Positions 26,261 through 38,897 of a stretch of DNA of 64,000 nucleotides are shown here, piece by piece; position 1 is the stretch's first letter; each line of letters starts with the position of its first letter. A program made the position numbers and the translations under genes. The notes beneath the pieces are model-generated. The model worked only from the letters and a program-made list of their open reading frames with translations, searched no databases and had not been told where the DNA came from. Origin of the DNA: Octopus vulgaris (lineage: Eukaryota); NCBI GenBank assembly GCA_951406725.2, contig OX597814.1, positions 110,608,001 to 110,672,000 on the forward strand. Reading direction: 5' to 3'.

Positions 26261-26443
26261 GATCCGTTATGTCCATTTGATGGCTCATTTTCGAATGTAC
26301 TGCCAGATAAAGGAGCAAACTGCTGCCTTCATCCGTGGGTTTCGATCAGTGGTTAACCATGAATGGCTCAATATGTTCTCAGCTCCTGAACTACAGAAGC
26401 TTATTTCTGGTGACAATAGAGATATTGACATAGAAGACTTAAG
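26261..26443 (+). CDS. UBE3B: UBE3B HECT exon: [48 protein letters not shown]
   Basis: ttttccag|..|gtaaga; 183 nt, phase 2-2. Confidence 0.96.
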
Positions 26444-26835
26444 GTAAGATATATTCATCATCATCATCATTATTATCATTTAACATCTGTTTCCATGCTA
26501 GCATGGATTGGACTGTTTGACAGGAGTTGGCACCAAGGTTCCAATTGTCTGTTTTGGCATAGTCCCTATGACCGAATGCCCTTTCTAACACCAATCACTT
26601 TACAGAGTGTACTGGGTGCTTTTTATGTGACACTAGTGCCAGTGCTTTGTACATGGCACTAGATCCAATGCTTTTTATATGGCACTAGCACAGGTGCTTT
26701 TTATGTGGCACCATCACGGGTGCTCTGTATGTTGTTGTTTTAACTTTTAGATATGTTTGTTTATATTAAGTCTGTTTCCATCTGTAGCGTTAAATATATA
26801 AACCTTGCATTTTATAGAAAACTGAGTTTATAACT

Positions 26836-27143
26836 TTACGGAGATGTACTTGCATAGCAAGTGACCTGATCTGAGATCGTGTGCTGGAATGAAAACAATT
26901 GCAGCGTGGAAGGTGTTTATAAGCCATTTAAGAAACACGCAAAAACCGTTAGATTCACTCAACATTTAAATTTAATTTGTCAAAATATTTTCGTCACTTT
27001 GAGACTGCGACCTGTTCACTGAGCACGGAATTTTGTCAGTGAACAGGTCGTGGTCTCAAAGCGACGTAAATATTTTGACAAATTAAATTTAAATGTTGAA
27101 GTGAATCTAATGGGTTTTGTGTGTTTACCTTCCAGGCTGCAAT
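26836..27143. mobile_element. Palindromic PLE-type element, family 3, carrying variant-core hammerhead motifs
   Basis: 13-bp TSD tgagtttataact (26823-26835, 27144-27156); about 90-nt near-perfect inverted core. Confidence 0.75.
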
Positions 27144-29219
27144 TGAGTTTATAACTACTACAAACTATTTGTGTGTATGTGTGTGGTAATTAAATACAGG
27201 CTTGTTATAGTGTAATATAATTGTTTCATATTAAGACTGTACCTGCAACCACATAGTTGGGAAGCGAGTTTCTAAGTCACACCACCATACCTGCGCCTAC
27301 ACAGTCTGTGTGTAGTAGTCTGCTGCTCATTGCAATACGATTTGGATTGCCTCCCTTGATCCTCTTTGACTCCACTCCCATCCAGCTTTTGAGTGACATT
27401 TTGTTTATTTAATATAATCTGGTATGTTTATACATGTGTAGCAGCTGCTTCATCTCATTATGTTTTTATGTCATAAGTAATGCACATGACATTTGTAATT
27501 CCTCCCAGAATCCTGGTGAAAGTTGATGTACTTCATGTTCAGTGTCAATGTCTCTTGACTGATGCCTGATGTATGTTGTGTATCATGGTAAAATTTGTTG
27601 TATAATGTGAGTGATACGAAGGATTGAATATCATATGTGATATCAAAAATACTTGTATATTGTATGTGATATCAAATATTGCTGTATATTGCTTGTGTAC
27701 TGTGTACCATATCAAACTAATGGAAACATAGTGTAGATGTAAATACTAAAATAACGTGTCATACCTAAAGATGAGTTTAATAATAATGATAATAATAACA
27801 ATCCTTAAGGCAGCGAGCTGACAGAATCATTAGCACGCCAGGCAAGATGCTTAGTGGAATTTTGTTTTTTATGTTCTGAGTTCAAATTCTGCCGATGTCG
27901 ACTTTGCCTTTCATCCTTTCGGGGTTGCATACTGGGGTCGATGTAATTGACTGGCTGCCTCCCCCCAAATTTTGGGCCTTGTGCCTAGAGTAGAAAAGAA
28001 TAATAACAATCCTTTCTGCTAAAGGCCTAAAATTTTGGGGTAGGGGACTAGTTGATTACATCAACCCCAATATTTCACTTGTACTCTATTGACCCCTAAA
28101 GGATGAAAAGCAAAATTGACCTCAGCAGAATTTGAACTCAGAGCGTAAAGACAGACAAAATTCCACTAAGCAATTTGCCTGGTGTGCTAACGATTCTGCC
28201 AACGTGCTGCCTTAATAATAATAATAATAACAATCCTTTCTACTGTAAGCACAAAGTCTGAAATTTTTGGGGGTTGGGTGCTGGTGAATTGCATTGACCT
28301 GTGGTCAACCAGTATTTAATTCATTGACCTCAAAATGCAAAGCTGAGCACAACAGAATTTGAACTCGGAACATAAAGATGGCATGCTAATGATTCTGTCT
28401 GCTCACCTCGTTAATGATAATCATCATTATCATCATTGTTGTTTAACGTCCATTTTCCATGCTGGCATAGGTTTGACTGGGGACTGGCAAGCCGTGAGGC
28501 TGCACCAATCTCCCGTCTGATCTGACAAGGAGATTGATGCCCTTCCTAACTCTGATTGTGTAGTGAATGCTCTTTACATGCCACCGGCACAGGAGCCAGG
28601 CGGACACTAGCAACGATCACATTCGGATGGTGCTTTTTACATGCCACTGACATGGGAGTCAGTCAGGGGGCACTGGCCCCAGCTACGTTATTGGTTTTAC
28701 TTGACTCAATAGGTCTTCTCAAGCATATCATATCGCCCAACGCATCAGGAGTATTCTAAACAGGGCTGGACATGTGTGACTGCGATCTCACTTTAGTTGC
28801 CGGGTCTTCTCAATCACAGCATATCTCCAAAGGTCCTGGTCTCCTGTCATTGCCTCTGTGAGGCCCAATGTTTAAAGGTCATGATGATTATAATAATGGT
28901 TTCAAATTTTGGCACAAGGCTAGCAATTTTGGGAGAGAGAGTAAGTCGATTACATTGACTCCTAGTGCTCAATTGGTCCTTATTTTATTGACCCTGAAAG
29001 GACAAAAGGCAAAGTCAACCCTGGCAGCATTTGAATTCAGAATGTAAAGTCAGAAGAAATGCAATTAAGCATTTTGTCTGGTGCGGTAACAATTCTACTA
29101 GCTTACTACCCTAATTAAAATAATTACAACAACAACATAATGTGAGCAGTTATAATGTTCTTACCAGTACCTCCAGTTGTCAAAGTTTCTAATCATTCCC
29201 TGTTTTTCCTTCATTGCAG

Positions 29220-29331
29220 ACGTCATACTCAGTATTATGGTGGCTATCATAACAACCACAGAGTAATCAACTGGTTATGGGATATCGTGGACCATGACTT
29301 TAGTGCTCATGAGAGAAGTCTTTTCCTTAAA
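29220..29331 (+). CDS. UBE3B: UBE3B HECT exon: [37 protein letters not shown]
   Basis: cattgcag|..|gtgagt; similar to human [22 protein letters not shown]. Confidence 0.96.
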
Positions 29332-29497
29332 GTGAGTTGCTTCTTCGATTTCAGTGGTCAGCTAATATTTGGTGGCAATCAAAGAGATCAATATTTGAAG
29401 ATGATTACACAGATCAATGGTCATACAATTGCTAAACGATTTAATGATGTTTTTAATTTTATGTAAATTATGAATTCCATGTAAATATTTTCATATA

Positions 29498-29692
29498 CAG
29501 TAATCCCTTGACTATCAGGGGTGTTACATTCCAAAACACCTCACAATAGGTGAAATAGAAACAGTATTGTACTGTATATTTTTTTTAATTATTTTTATAA
29601 TTTGTGTATATTTTACTATAAATGCAAAACACCACCACAGAGGAATTGATGTAAGCTTAAATAATAAACTGTGATATGGCAAGGGATTGCTG
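29498..29692. mobile_element. Tigger/pogo-like MITE
   Basis: TA|CAGTAATCCCTTG..CAAGGGATTGCTG|TA. Confidence 0.65.
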
Positions 29693-31374
29693 TATTTTAG
29701 TTCTTTTTATGGATATTTTCTCTAGTTTTTAAAGCATTCTTCTTACCCCCTGTCTGTCTGTCTGACTCTCTCTCTGATTTACAGATAATGCATTCCATCT
29801 TTGGTCTAGTCTTCCTCAACAGATATTGTTCAGGCCTACACATTCATGGTCAGTCTTGACCAATAGTGAGTGGCCCTTCATTTAGTTATTTTATTCACTA
29901 TTAAAATAATATTGAAAGGAATTCAATATCAATGAAAGCTAATTGGACAACCATTAGCATGTCTGATGTTAATCTTGGGATTTAAGTCTATCTGAGTGAA
30001 GGCACATGGCTAAGTGGTTAGGGCTTATTCAGCTCATGATCTTAAGGTCGTGAGTTCGATTCCCAGCAGCACATCGTGTCCTTGAGCAAGACATTTTAAT
30101 TCATGTTGCTCCAGTCCATGCTGCTGGCAAAAATGATTTGCCCCTGTATTTTAAAGGGCCAACCTTATCACATCCTGTGTCAAATAGAATCATCATCATG
30201 ATTTAACGTCCACTTTCCATGCTAACATGGGTTGGACGATTGACTGAGGGCTGGTGAACCAGATGGCTGCTCCAGGCCCCAATCTTGATCTGGCAGAGTT
30301 TCTACAGCTGGATGCCCTTCCTAACGCCAACCACTCCGAGAGTGTAGTGGGTGCTTTTCACGTGCCACCTGCATGGGGGCCAGTCAAGCAGTACTGGCAA
30401 TGACCTCACTCGAATCTTTTTACACATGCCACCAGCACAGATGCCTGTGAAGCGACGTTGGTAACGATCATGCTCGAATGGTGCCCTTTTACGTGCCATG
30501 GGTACGGAAGCCAGTTGGCTGCTCTGGCAACGATCACAACGATCACACTCAGATGAAAATTACATTAAGGGTAGGTACATGTGTCTGTGGAGTGCTCAAC
30601 CACTTGGCAAGTTCATGAGCCTGCTGTTCTGTTGATTGGATCAACTGGAACTTTCATCATTGTAACTGATGGAATGTCAGAGAAATTTAATGTCTAATAA
30701 AGAAGTCATACAGACATGCACAGGCCTATTGAGTGCAACAGGAGAGCCTGTGGTTCTCATAAATAATCTGGGTTGAATTTCTTCTGTAAGCTTTCAAAAC
30801 TGGCTGTGTTTTGAGGCTGGCTCTTCACCTTTCCTCACATATCCTATCGTTATTGTCCGTTTCTGTAATGTTTCCTTTAGAAATCATTGTACACTCTTAA
30901 AATAATTACAATTTTATTCCATTCCATAAATTTGTCCTTTGGTTCAGTGATTGAAGCTCTTAGACTCAATCCTGAGGTTGATTCCTACCACACTACTTGT
31001 AATAAGTCATTCCATTCAGAAATACAATAAAATATGTTTCATTTTTCACTTATAAGTGCAACATCATCATCATTTAATGTCTGCTTTCCATGCTGGCATG
31101 GGTTGGACAATATGACAGGAGTTGGCAAGCCAGAGGGCTGCACCAAGCTGGCTTTTGTTGAACTATCCAACCCATGTCAGCATGGAAACAGGCATTAAAT
31201 GACAATGATGTATTCATAAATAAAATATTTTGTATTCAGAAATATATGTCTTGTTTTTAAGTACTGTACACATGCCTATTGTGGCTGTTGTGTTGTTACT
31301 TATAATTGTGAATTAAACGACCAATTATTTTATTCTTTATTCTGACACGTGTCTTTTTTCTTTTCCTTTATTAG

Positions 31375-31467
31375 TTTGTCACAAGCTGTTCTAAACCTCC
31401 ACTGTTAGGTTTCTCCACACTCGATCCTGCATTTTCCATTCGGTGTGTAGAAGTTAGTGATGATCAG
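31375..31467 (+). CDS. UBE3B: UBE3B HECT exon: [31 protein letters not shown]
   Basis: tttattag|..|gtaaga; near-identical to human [25 protein letters not shown]. Confidence 0.97.
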
Positions 31468-32201
31468 GTAAGACTTGCTGAATAAATATATATCGGCTGG
31501 TTGGTTGGTGTTGATAATGATAGTGGTGGTGGTTGAAGCAAATGTTATTTTGTGTTGTTAAATTGGTGATGGTAGAGCAAAGAGGAATTTGAAATTAGAT
31601 CAAACTTTCGTTACTGTATTTATTTTGAGATGCTCTGTGTATCTTTCAATTTCTTTAAATATAACAAAGAATTTAGTAAAATAACTTAATTATCATTAAG
31701 CTAGTGTTAGGAACAAATTGTGACTAAGGTTTGGTGGAAGATTTTAATTCAAAACTTATGAAAACAAGACATTTGTACTACAGAGCCAGAGCTGGTTTCA
31801 GCAAGGTTGGTAAGGAAAGGGTTAAGAGTCATAAAATGAAAGGGTGCATACGCAGGTCAAGAGTATTGTTGGTGAATTTAGAGAAGCATGGAACTTTTGA
31901 AGAATGCAATATTCTAACAACTGATGTGGAAAGTTTATTCCATGCTTCAACAGTTCTGATCATGAAAAAATGTTTCTGAAAGAAGTGTACTTGAAACCCT
32001 AAACAACTCTACTTTTTTTTTGACAACTGATGTTGGTGTGTTTACGTCCCTATAATTTAGTGGTTTGGTAAAAGAGACCGATAGAATAAGTACTAGGTTT
32101 ACAAAGAATAAGTCCTGGGGTAAGTTTGTTTGACTAAAGGTGGTGCTCCAGCATGGCTGCAGTCAAATGACTGAAACAAGTAAAAGAAGAATTAAAAAAG
32201 A

Positions 32202-32242
<41 letters not shown>

Positions 32243-32501
32243 TGATGGACTCTCCCACCATTAGACGATGTATGAGGGTTTGACAATTTCTTACTGAACA
32301 ACCACACAGATGATTTGTTTATAGTAATCAAATGTTTGTGTACACATAAGCTCACTCCCTCCATCAAATCAACATTACCTGAACAGGTGCAACGAATGCC
32401 ACATGTCAAATGATGAAACGATTGCAGAGCAATGTGAAATGAAGTGCTTTGCTCAAGAACACAACCCAATGCCCGGTCTGGGAATCGAACCCACAATCTC
32501 G

Positions 32502-32555
<54 letters not shown>

Positions 32556-33565
32556 TCATCATCATCATCATCGTTGTTTAATGTCCACTTTCCATGGATT
32601 GGACAGTTTGACTGAGGACTGGCAAGCCAGAAGGCTGCACCAGGATCCACTCTGATCTGACAGGGTTTCAACAGCTGGATGCCCTTCCTAATGCCAACTA
32701 CTCTGAGAGTATATATATATATAATTGTGTGCGTGTGTGTGTGTGTGTTGTCCCCCTTGCCTTGACGTTGCATGATAGTTGGAAGTGAGTGTCACTGTCA
32801 TGTAAGCAGTGTCCTTTGTTTTCAATATTATGTCCAAACATGTCTCATCATGAGGTAACACACCCTCACTTGGCAACAGGTCAGGTATCCAGCCATTGAA
32901 TAATCCAATAAAAATTCTGTCCAATGCATGTGAGCATAGAAAACTGGGCATTAAAATGATGATGATGATGATAACAACCATCACAGCTGCCATGAACCAC
33001 TCAATGCTCTGTTGGAAACCTGTTGTTCACCAGTTGCAATAGAAATAATAAATTTAAATCATATTGTTGCTATTATGTTCAACTGTCGGATGTCCAAATT
33101 TGACCAAATGTGTTTTTTTTTTTCAATATTTAATTTTGCTTGCAATAGCCAATTCTTTTGGTCAAACTATCGTATCTCCAGCTGCTTTAGATATGAAAAT
33201 TGTCAACGGCTTAGCATTTTTCAAAAGTGTGGTAAGTCCCACATACAACAGTTTCTGACTGAAAATATCACACATGCATGGAGCTACAATTTTATGCACC
33301 CAACAGAGTATTATTGTGAAGCTGAAATTGTTGCTAATGTAAAAAGAAATGGAATGGTGAAACTATTTTTGCATTTTCTGAAAAAGCAACATTTTGGACT
33401 TACGACACTTTTGCATAATAGCAACGATATAGAGTTAGAGCAATCTCATGACTGGGGCTTTTGATAAAGACTTGGTGAAGATGTCTAGGTAGAGTTTTAG
33501 GGGTTTCTGAGAGTTAAAACTTTTTTTTGTACATTGTTCATTCTTTAATTTTCTGTTGTTTCTAG

Positions 33566-33757
33566 GACACCGGGGATACTGTTGGCAGCGTTCTTAAAGG
33601 ATTTTTCAATATACGTAAAAAGGACCCCATTGGTCGTTTACCAACATCTTCAACTTGTTTCAATCTTCTTAAACTGCCTAACTACCAGAAGAAGAGCACT
33701 TTGAAGGAAAAATTACGATATGCCATTCATTCAAACACTGGCTTTGAGTTATCTTAG
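33566..33757 (+). CDS. UBE3B: UBE3B last coding exon: [38 protein letters not shown]; catalytic Cys codon at 33656-33658
   Basis: tttctag|GAC..TAG; HECT C-lobe motif [15 protein letters not shown] and GFELS terminus. Confidence 0.98.
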   Translation, partial: DTGDTVGSVLKGFFNIRKKDPIGRLPTSSTCFNLLKLPNYQKKSTLKEKLRYAIHSNTGFELS

Positions 33758-34738
33758 CCTTTGTGTGTCACGAATGCACAAAATGTCGTTTCAGTTGACC
33801 GTCTGACAGAATACAGCATGGATGTGGAAAATAGATCTACATTTGTTCATGTGAGTAAGAAAAATGAGAATATATTTACAAAGCTAAAGAAAAAAACACA
33901 CAAAAAAAGAAATACATTCCTAAAGCTTTACTTTAAAAAAAAAATGAAAAACATTTTGTGAACTTTTCAGACATTTCAAATAAAAGCAATAATTTTTTTA
34001 TTCAATATGGAAGTAATTAGCAACGTTGGTGAGAGTGATTGGCACTGTAGATTCTTATATTCTGTTTACCCTCTGTTGTTCTGATATTATTAATTCTTTC
34101 CATCTTAAAGAACATAAAAAGAAACCACATGAGGAGTGAAACCAGCCCTAAATACATATCACATACAAATTTATTTTTCTACTCAAAATTTAAAATGCTT
34201 AATTTTTTTTTCTTTTGGTTATTTCCATTACATTTGTTCATAAATTTGCCTGAATCAACAACACTAAAATTCAAATAAATAAATAAATAAAATATATCAG
34301 GTAACATTATTAAAAAAACCCCATTGGAGAGAAATAAATTTGTATATGATGTGTATCTAAGACTTCATCAGATTCATGTGCTGTGAATATTTTGGTACTT
34401 AATGTTGAAACAACCATTGCTGTATGATGTAAGCAGAAATATTTGAAGTGGTCAAACTTCAAAGTATGTCTTTTATTGATTTGCTTTGAACCGAATCTTA
34501 GTGTAAGGAATCACAACTGTACATAAAACAAATCTGAATATTACCTGACTGAGATTAAGAGGATTAGCAAAGACATTTTGTCACTACATGACAGAGCTCA
34601 AAATAGTAGGAAATGTACCAAAGAGATACATTTTCTTGATGTTTTCTTAAACTGAAATGGTTGTAGATTAGCCAGGTAAGTACTTGGTGTGTCATCTTTG
34701 TGTAGACTGTCATTGTGTTAAACAAAAGAAAATGGAAA

Positions 34739-34744
34739 AATAAA
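34739..34744 (+). promoter_or_regulatory. Probable distal poly(A) signal of UBE3B (about 1 kb 3'UTR); alternative AATAAA hexamers near 33979 and 34274
   Basis: AATAAA followed about 20 nt later by a U/GU-rich tract (ttttacgtattgtctatgtgtgtg); repeat-free sequence ends soon after. Confidence 0.5.
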
Positions 34745-35854
34745 TACAATTATAAAAACTATTTTACGTATTGTCTATGTGTGTGTATATCCCCTACTGC
34801 AAGAAACCTGCTCTCTTCTAGACCCGTCTATCTGACTTTAATTCCTCAAACCATGGCTTAAAACTTCTTCCCTCTCTACTGTAGCTCTACTCAATTGAAG
34901 AGGATTTTAGTGATGTGAGCTGCATGGAAACCTCACTAGTGCTGGTGCCATGAAAATAAAGTACCCAGTTATACATTGTAAATTGGTTGGCATTATGAAG
35001 GACATTCTGTCATAAAAAACCATGCCAAAGCAGACATTGGAGCATGATGTCCTCAGGCCTGTTGGATCCTGTCAAATTATCCAATCCAATTCAGTAAGGA
35101 ACATGGTTGCTAAACAGTGGTGAAGATGATGATGTGTATAAAACAGAATATTCTAGAGCATGCAAAGGAGGAGAGAAAGAGAGAGAGAGAGAAAGAGGGT
35201 AGCACTGGTATGGGCATGTGATGTGCCTGAAGGATGAGTGAGGAAGCATGAAACAGGAAAAAATGGTAAAGATTAAAATATGAAAGAAAGTGTCAGAACA
35301 AGTGTTTTTGTTGGAGAGAATATGCATGTCTTCTTACATTATGCAAATGGAGCTAGAAAGAGAAATAAAGATGGTGGTAACATGGTGTCAGCATGAGCCA
35401 TGTGGGCGGAAGAGGAGAGGTGGGAAATGATTGTAAGAGTGAGGAAAAGTTAGAGGTGAAGTAGGGCTAATATACTGAATGATGAAGAATGGTTCAGAGG
35501 ATAACTATGATGAGTTGGAGGGAAGATAAGGGAGAGTAAGGTGATGACTGTAGAGATTGAGGGTGAATGGGAAAAAAGGGTGGAGGGGTGATGGGTGATA
35601 TGTATGAGTTGGAAGGTTGGGAAGAATAGGAACTGACTGGCCATACAAAAGAGGTGAAGAGCAGCAGAATAAGTAATAATACAGCAGATAAAAGAAAGAT
35701 TAGAAGGGAGGTAACATGTGGGTGGTTGCAAGAGTGTGAAGAATGCTCAAATGCTTTTCATGTGCCAGTAAGGCGATGCTGACAACGATCATGCTCAGAT
35801 GTGCTTTTAACGTTCCACTGGCATGAGTGCCAATCAGGTGGTACTGTGTATCTA

Positions 35855-35889
<35 letters not shown>

Positions 35890-36449
35890 TCTATACATCC
35901 TCCTCTACTGCTAAAGCTACTTTCAAGGCTGTTTGATTCAAAATTCATATTTAAATTATAAGAATGTTGTCATTGGTTTATAGTAGTTCTCAATGGCAAT
36001 TATTCTTAAACTCCGTTTTTAAGGCCTAAAGGACTATAATAAATAAGAAGGGACTGGGAACTGAACCCTAGTGAATTCCTACTTAGACATTAAATTCATC
36101 ACTATACACAGTGTTAATTATCATGCTACTGACAATACCCCTGTACATGCTTTGTGTGGATCTCACAAGTTATTCATCTACCCCTATCTTTATCTGTAGA
36201 CACCAGATCAGAAAGTGAAGGGCCCTGTCCAAGGCTTTACCTTGGCCAATGCATGTTCAGTGGCTTACTTGTAGCTAAATACTTCTTCTGCAGTCGTCTT
36301 ATTAGGAAGAGAGCATCTGAGTATTTTCCTCTGGCACAAATCCAAATTGTAATTATGTAATTTAATTTTTTCTCTAATTAATCAACTTCTAACTGTTTTC
36401 ATAACTTTCATGATGCTGCAATTTGATACCTCTGTAATTTCTTCTTTGT

Positions 36450-36910
36450 CCTTTTAACAGTTGAGTATGATATCTTTGGATATGACATCCTGATTAACCA
36501 TGAAGGTAACTAAGCCATGTCCTTCACCCCTAATTCTGTTAAGCATTTCAGCATGAATTCCTGATGGTCCAGGGACTCTTCCTGCTTTCGTCACATCTTT
36601 AATTGCTTTATGTAATATACTGCTGTCAGCTAGAATGGTTAAAACTCTTTGATTGGTCCACACTGGGAAGACCTTTCTCTCATGCCTTTTCAGAATTGCT
36701 AAATGCAAGTGTCAATCTGTACACACTTTTCCTAAAGCATCTCAATTCTGTCTGATACACCCTCTTGCAACCTGGAATGTCTCGTGCCATAGAATATTGG
36801 CAAACCTCTTAGTTTCTGCTTCTCCCCTTGCTAAATAAACCTGTTGCCTAGCTTCTTTTCTAGTTACCTGGTATGATTCTCCAGTACCCCTCTTCTTCCA
36901 ACCTGTCTCT
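36450..36910 (-). mobile_element. RTE LINE internal fragment (region preceding RT)
   Basis: ORF 36454-36708 KAIKDVTKAGRVPGPSGIHAEMLN..LVTFMVNQ resembles KAIKxMKxGKAPGPSGIxAEMLK. Confidence 0.65.
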
Positions 36911-37339
36911 TTGCTTTTATGATGAAGGGTTAAATAGAATCCAGTAATAAATAATGTACTTATTGAAGGTTAATAATGTAGTCCTACAATCAAAGTCAGA
37001 GCTTCAAGATGGACTTCACCTCTTAAAGCTGTATAGCTTCTGCTAGCCTACACATACATATGCAGGCTTGAGTAAGATTTTTGTAGAAGATTGTCAACTG
37101 CCTATATGTGCAGTCTCCACTCTCGATGTGACCAATATTGTTCAAAGGAAAAGCTGATACCACTCAACACTAGCATCTTTACAGGCGATGCTGTCAGAAT
37201 CAAAAAGACGAGGACAATACCACAAGGCATCTTGCTTGACACTCTTCTGTTCTGAAAAACCATCATCCTGGATTAGCTCTTTTTTGTTTTTTTAAATCAA
37301 CCCTGAAAGGATGAAGTATCAGGTTGACCCTGGAGGAGT

Positions 37340-37652
37340 CAGTTAAAGTTGAGACAGTGTCACGTGACAAGTTGCTGGAGCCTAGCGGCAGGTATTTAAA
37401 GGGAAAAAATTTGACAAGTCAGTCAGTCACCGGCTGACACTCGCTGACGATACATCAAAGAGGCCAAGAAACAGAAGAAAGAAGACATGCACCCAACACC
37501 AGAGCTGAAGACACCTCCGAAAGGGAGGGCTCTGCCACGTCAAAACGGTAGAGTAGGGGCCGAAACCGGACGTGGTTCCTCCTGATGATGTCTTGAGCTA
37601 ACTGGATCCTATAAAGGAGCTGTTGTGGTAGCAGACCACGAAACACGGTTGT
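37340..37652 (+). mobile_element. CpG-rich insertion resembling a Penelope pseudo-LTR, with two CTGANGA..GAAAC cores
   Basis: TATA-like tatttaaa, cagtcagtc, ctgaaga..gaaac and ctgatga..gaaac; interrupts a SINE. Confidence 0.45.
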
Positions 37653-38863
37653 AATTCTTGGATGCAGAGCACAGAATCAGAACAAATATGCAGGATATTC
37701 CATCCTATGTTCTAATAACCTTTCTATTCTGCTGCCTTTTAGAAGCCTTATTCAACTGAATAAACAAGTTTCTACATTGAATTGTTGCTAGCCCTGTTAA
37801 ATATTATGGTCATATGACCATCAGATTGAGTCACATGACTGTGTCCTTAGTGGAGATTTAGGCATAAGCTTAACAGCTTCAGTTCTGAACCTCAAAAAAA
37901 AACTTAAAAAGCTTGTTTTCAAGTTTTGTAAGTTGAAAGTTTCTAGGTGACTTTACTTGGGCTGGTGTCACAGGAAAAACACCCGGTATCAGCGATAAAG
38001 TAGTTTGTGTTAAGAAGGTGGCACGTAAAAAACACTATCTGAACGTGTTCAATGCCAGGCCCACCTGACTGGCTCCTGTGTGGGTGGTACATAAAAAAAG
38101 CACCCACTACACTCTCGGAGTGGTTGGTGTTAGGAAGGACATCCAGCTGTAGATCAGATTGGAGCCTGGTGCAGCTGCTGGCTCTCCAGACATCTGTCAA
38201 ACCATCTGACCCATGCAAGCATGGAAAACGGATGTTCAACACTGATGATAAAGGCTATCCAGCCATAGAAACTATACCAAAACTGACATTGGAGCCCAGT
38301 ACAGTCCTGCAGCACGTTGGACCGTGTCCAACTGTCTGACCCATGCTAGCTTGGAAAAAAAAGATGTTAAACAATTATGATGGGCCTAATCGTATCCAAA
38401 TCCATCACTGTCAGCATTAACATTACAAGTATATCTTAGCACAATTACCTCACCTGTACAGAATTAACTTCTCACGACTCAGTCGTGCCTATTCTTACAC
38501 ATCCAACACACATTCCTCAACAATTCCCTGAATTCACTTCCCTGTATCGCTACACTTTATTTTAACATAGAGATACCATTTCTCTAAACGTTCCTTCTTC
38601 TATCAGACATTGGCTAACAATCACAAGACTAGTTCTGTTCAGCTGCACTGACACTCGGACTTTGAATCACTATGACAACAATGTCATATTATTTTTGTTA
38701 GGCACAAGAGTGGGAGGGGTAAGGAGCTTGCTTCCCAACCACATGGTTCTGGGTTCAGTCCCATTGCGTGGCACCTTGGGCAAGTGTCTTCTACTATAGC
38801 CTTGTGAGTGGATTTGGTAGACGGAAACTGAAAGAAGCCCGTCGTGTGTGTGTATGTCTATAT

Positions 38864-38897
<34 letters not shown>

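Noticed and set aside
33012-33464. 150-aa ORF and a cryptic G|GTAAGT donor at 33232 in the last UBE3B intron
   Set aside because: No recognisable homology; the flanking exons already join in frame and match human UBE3B; the possible cryptic exons all shift frame and have no support.
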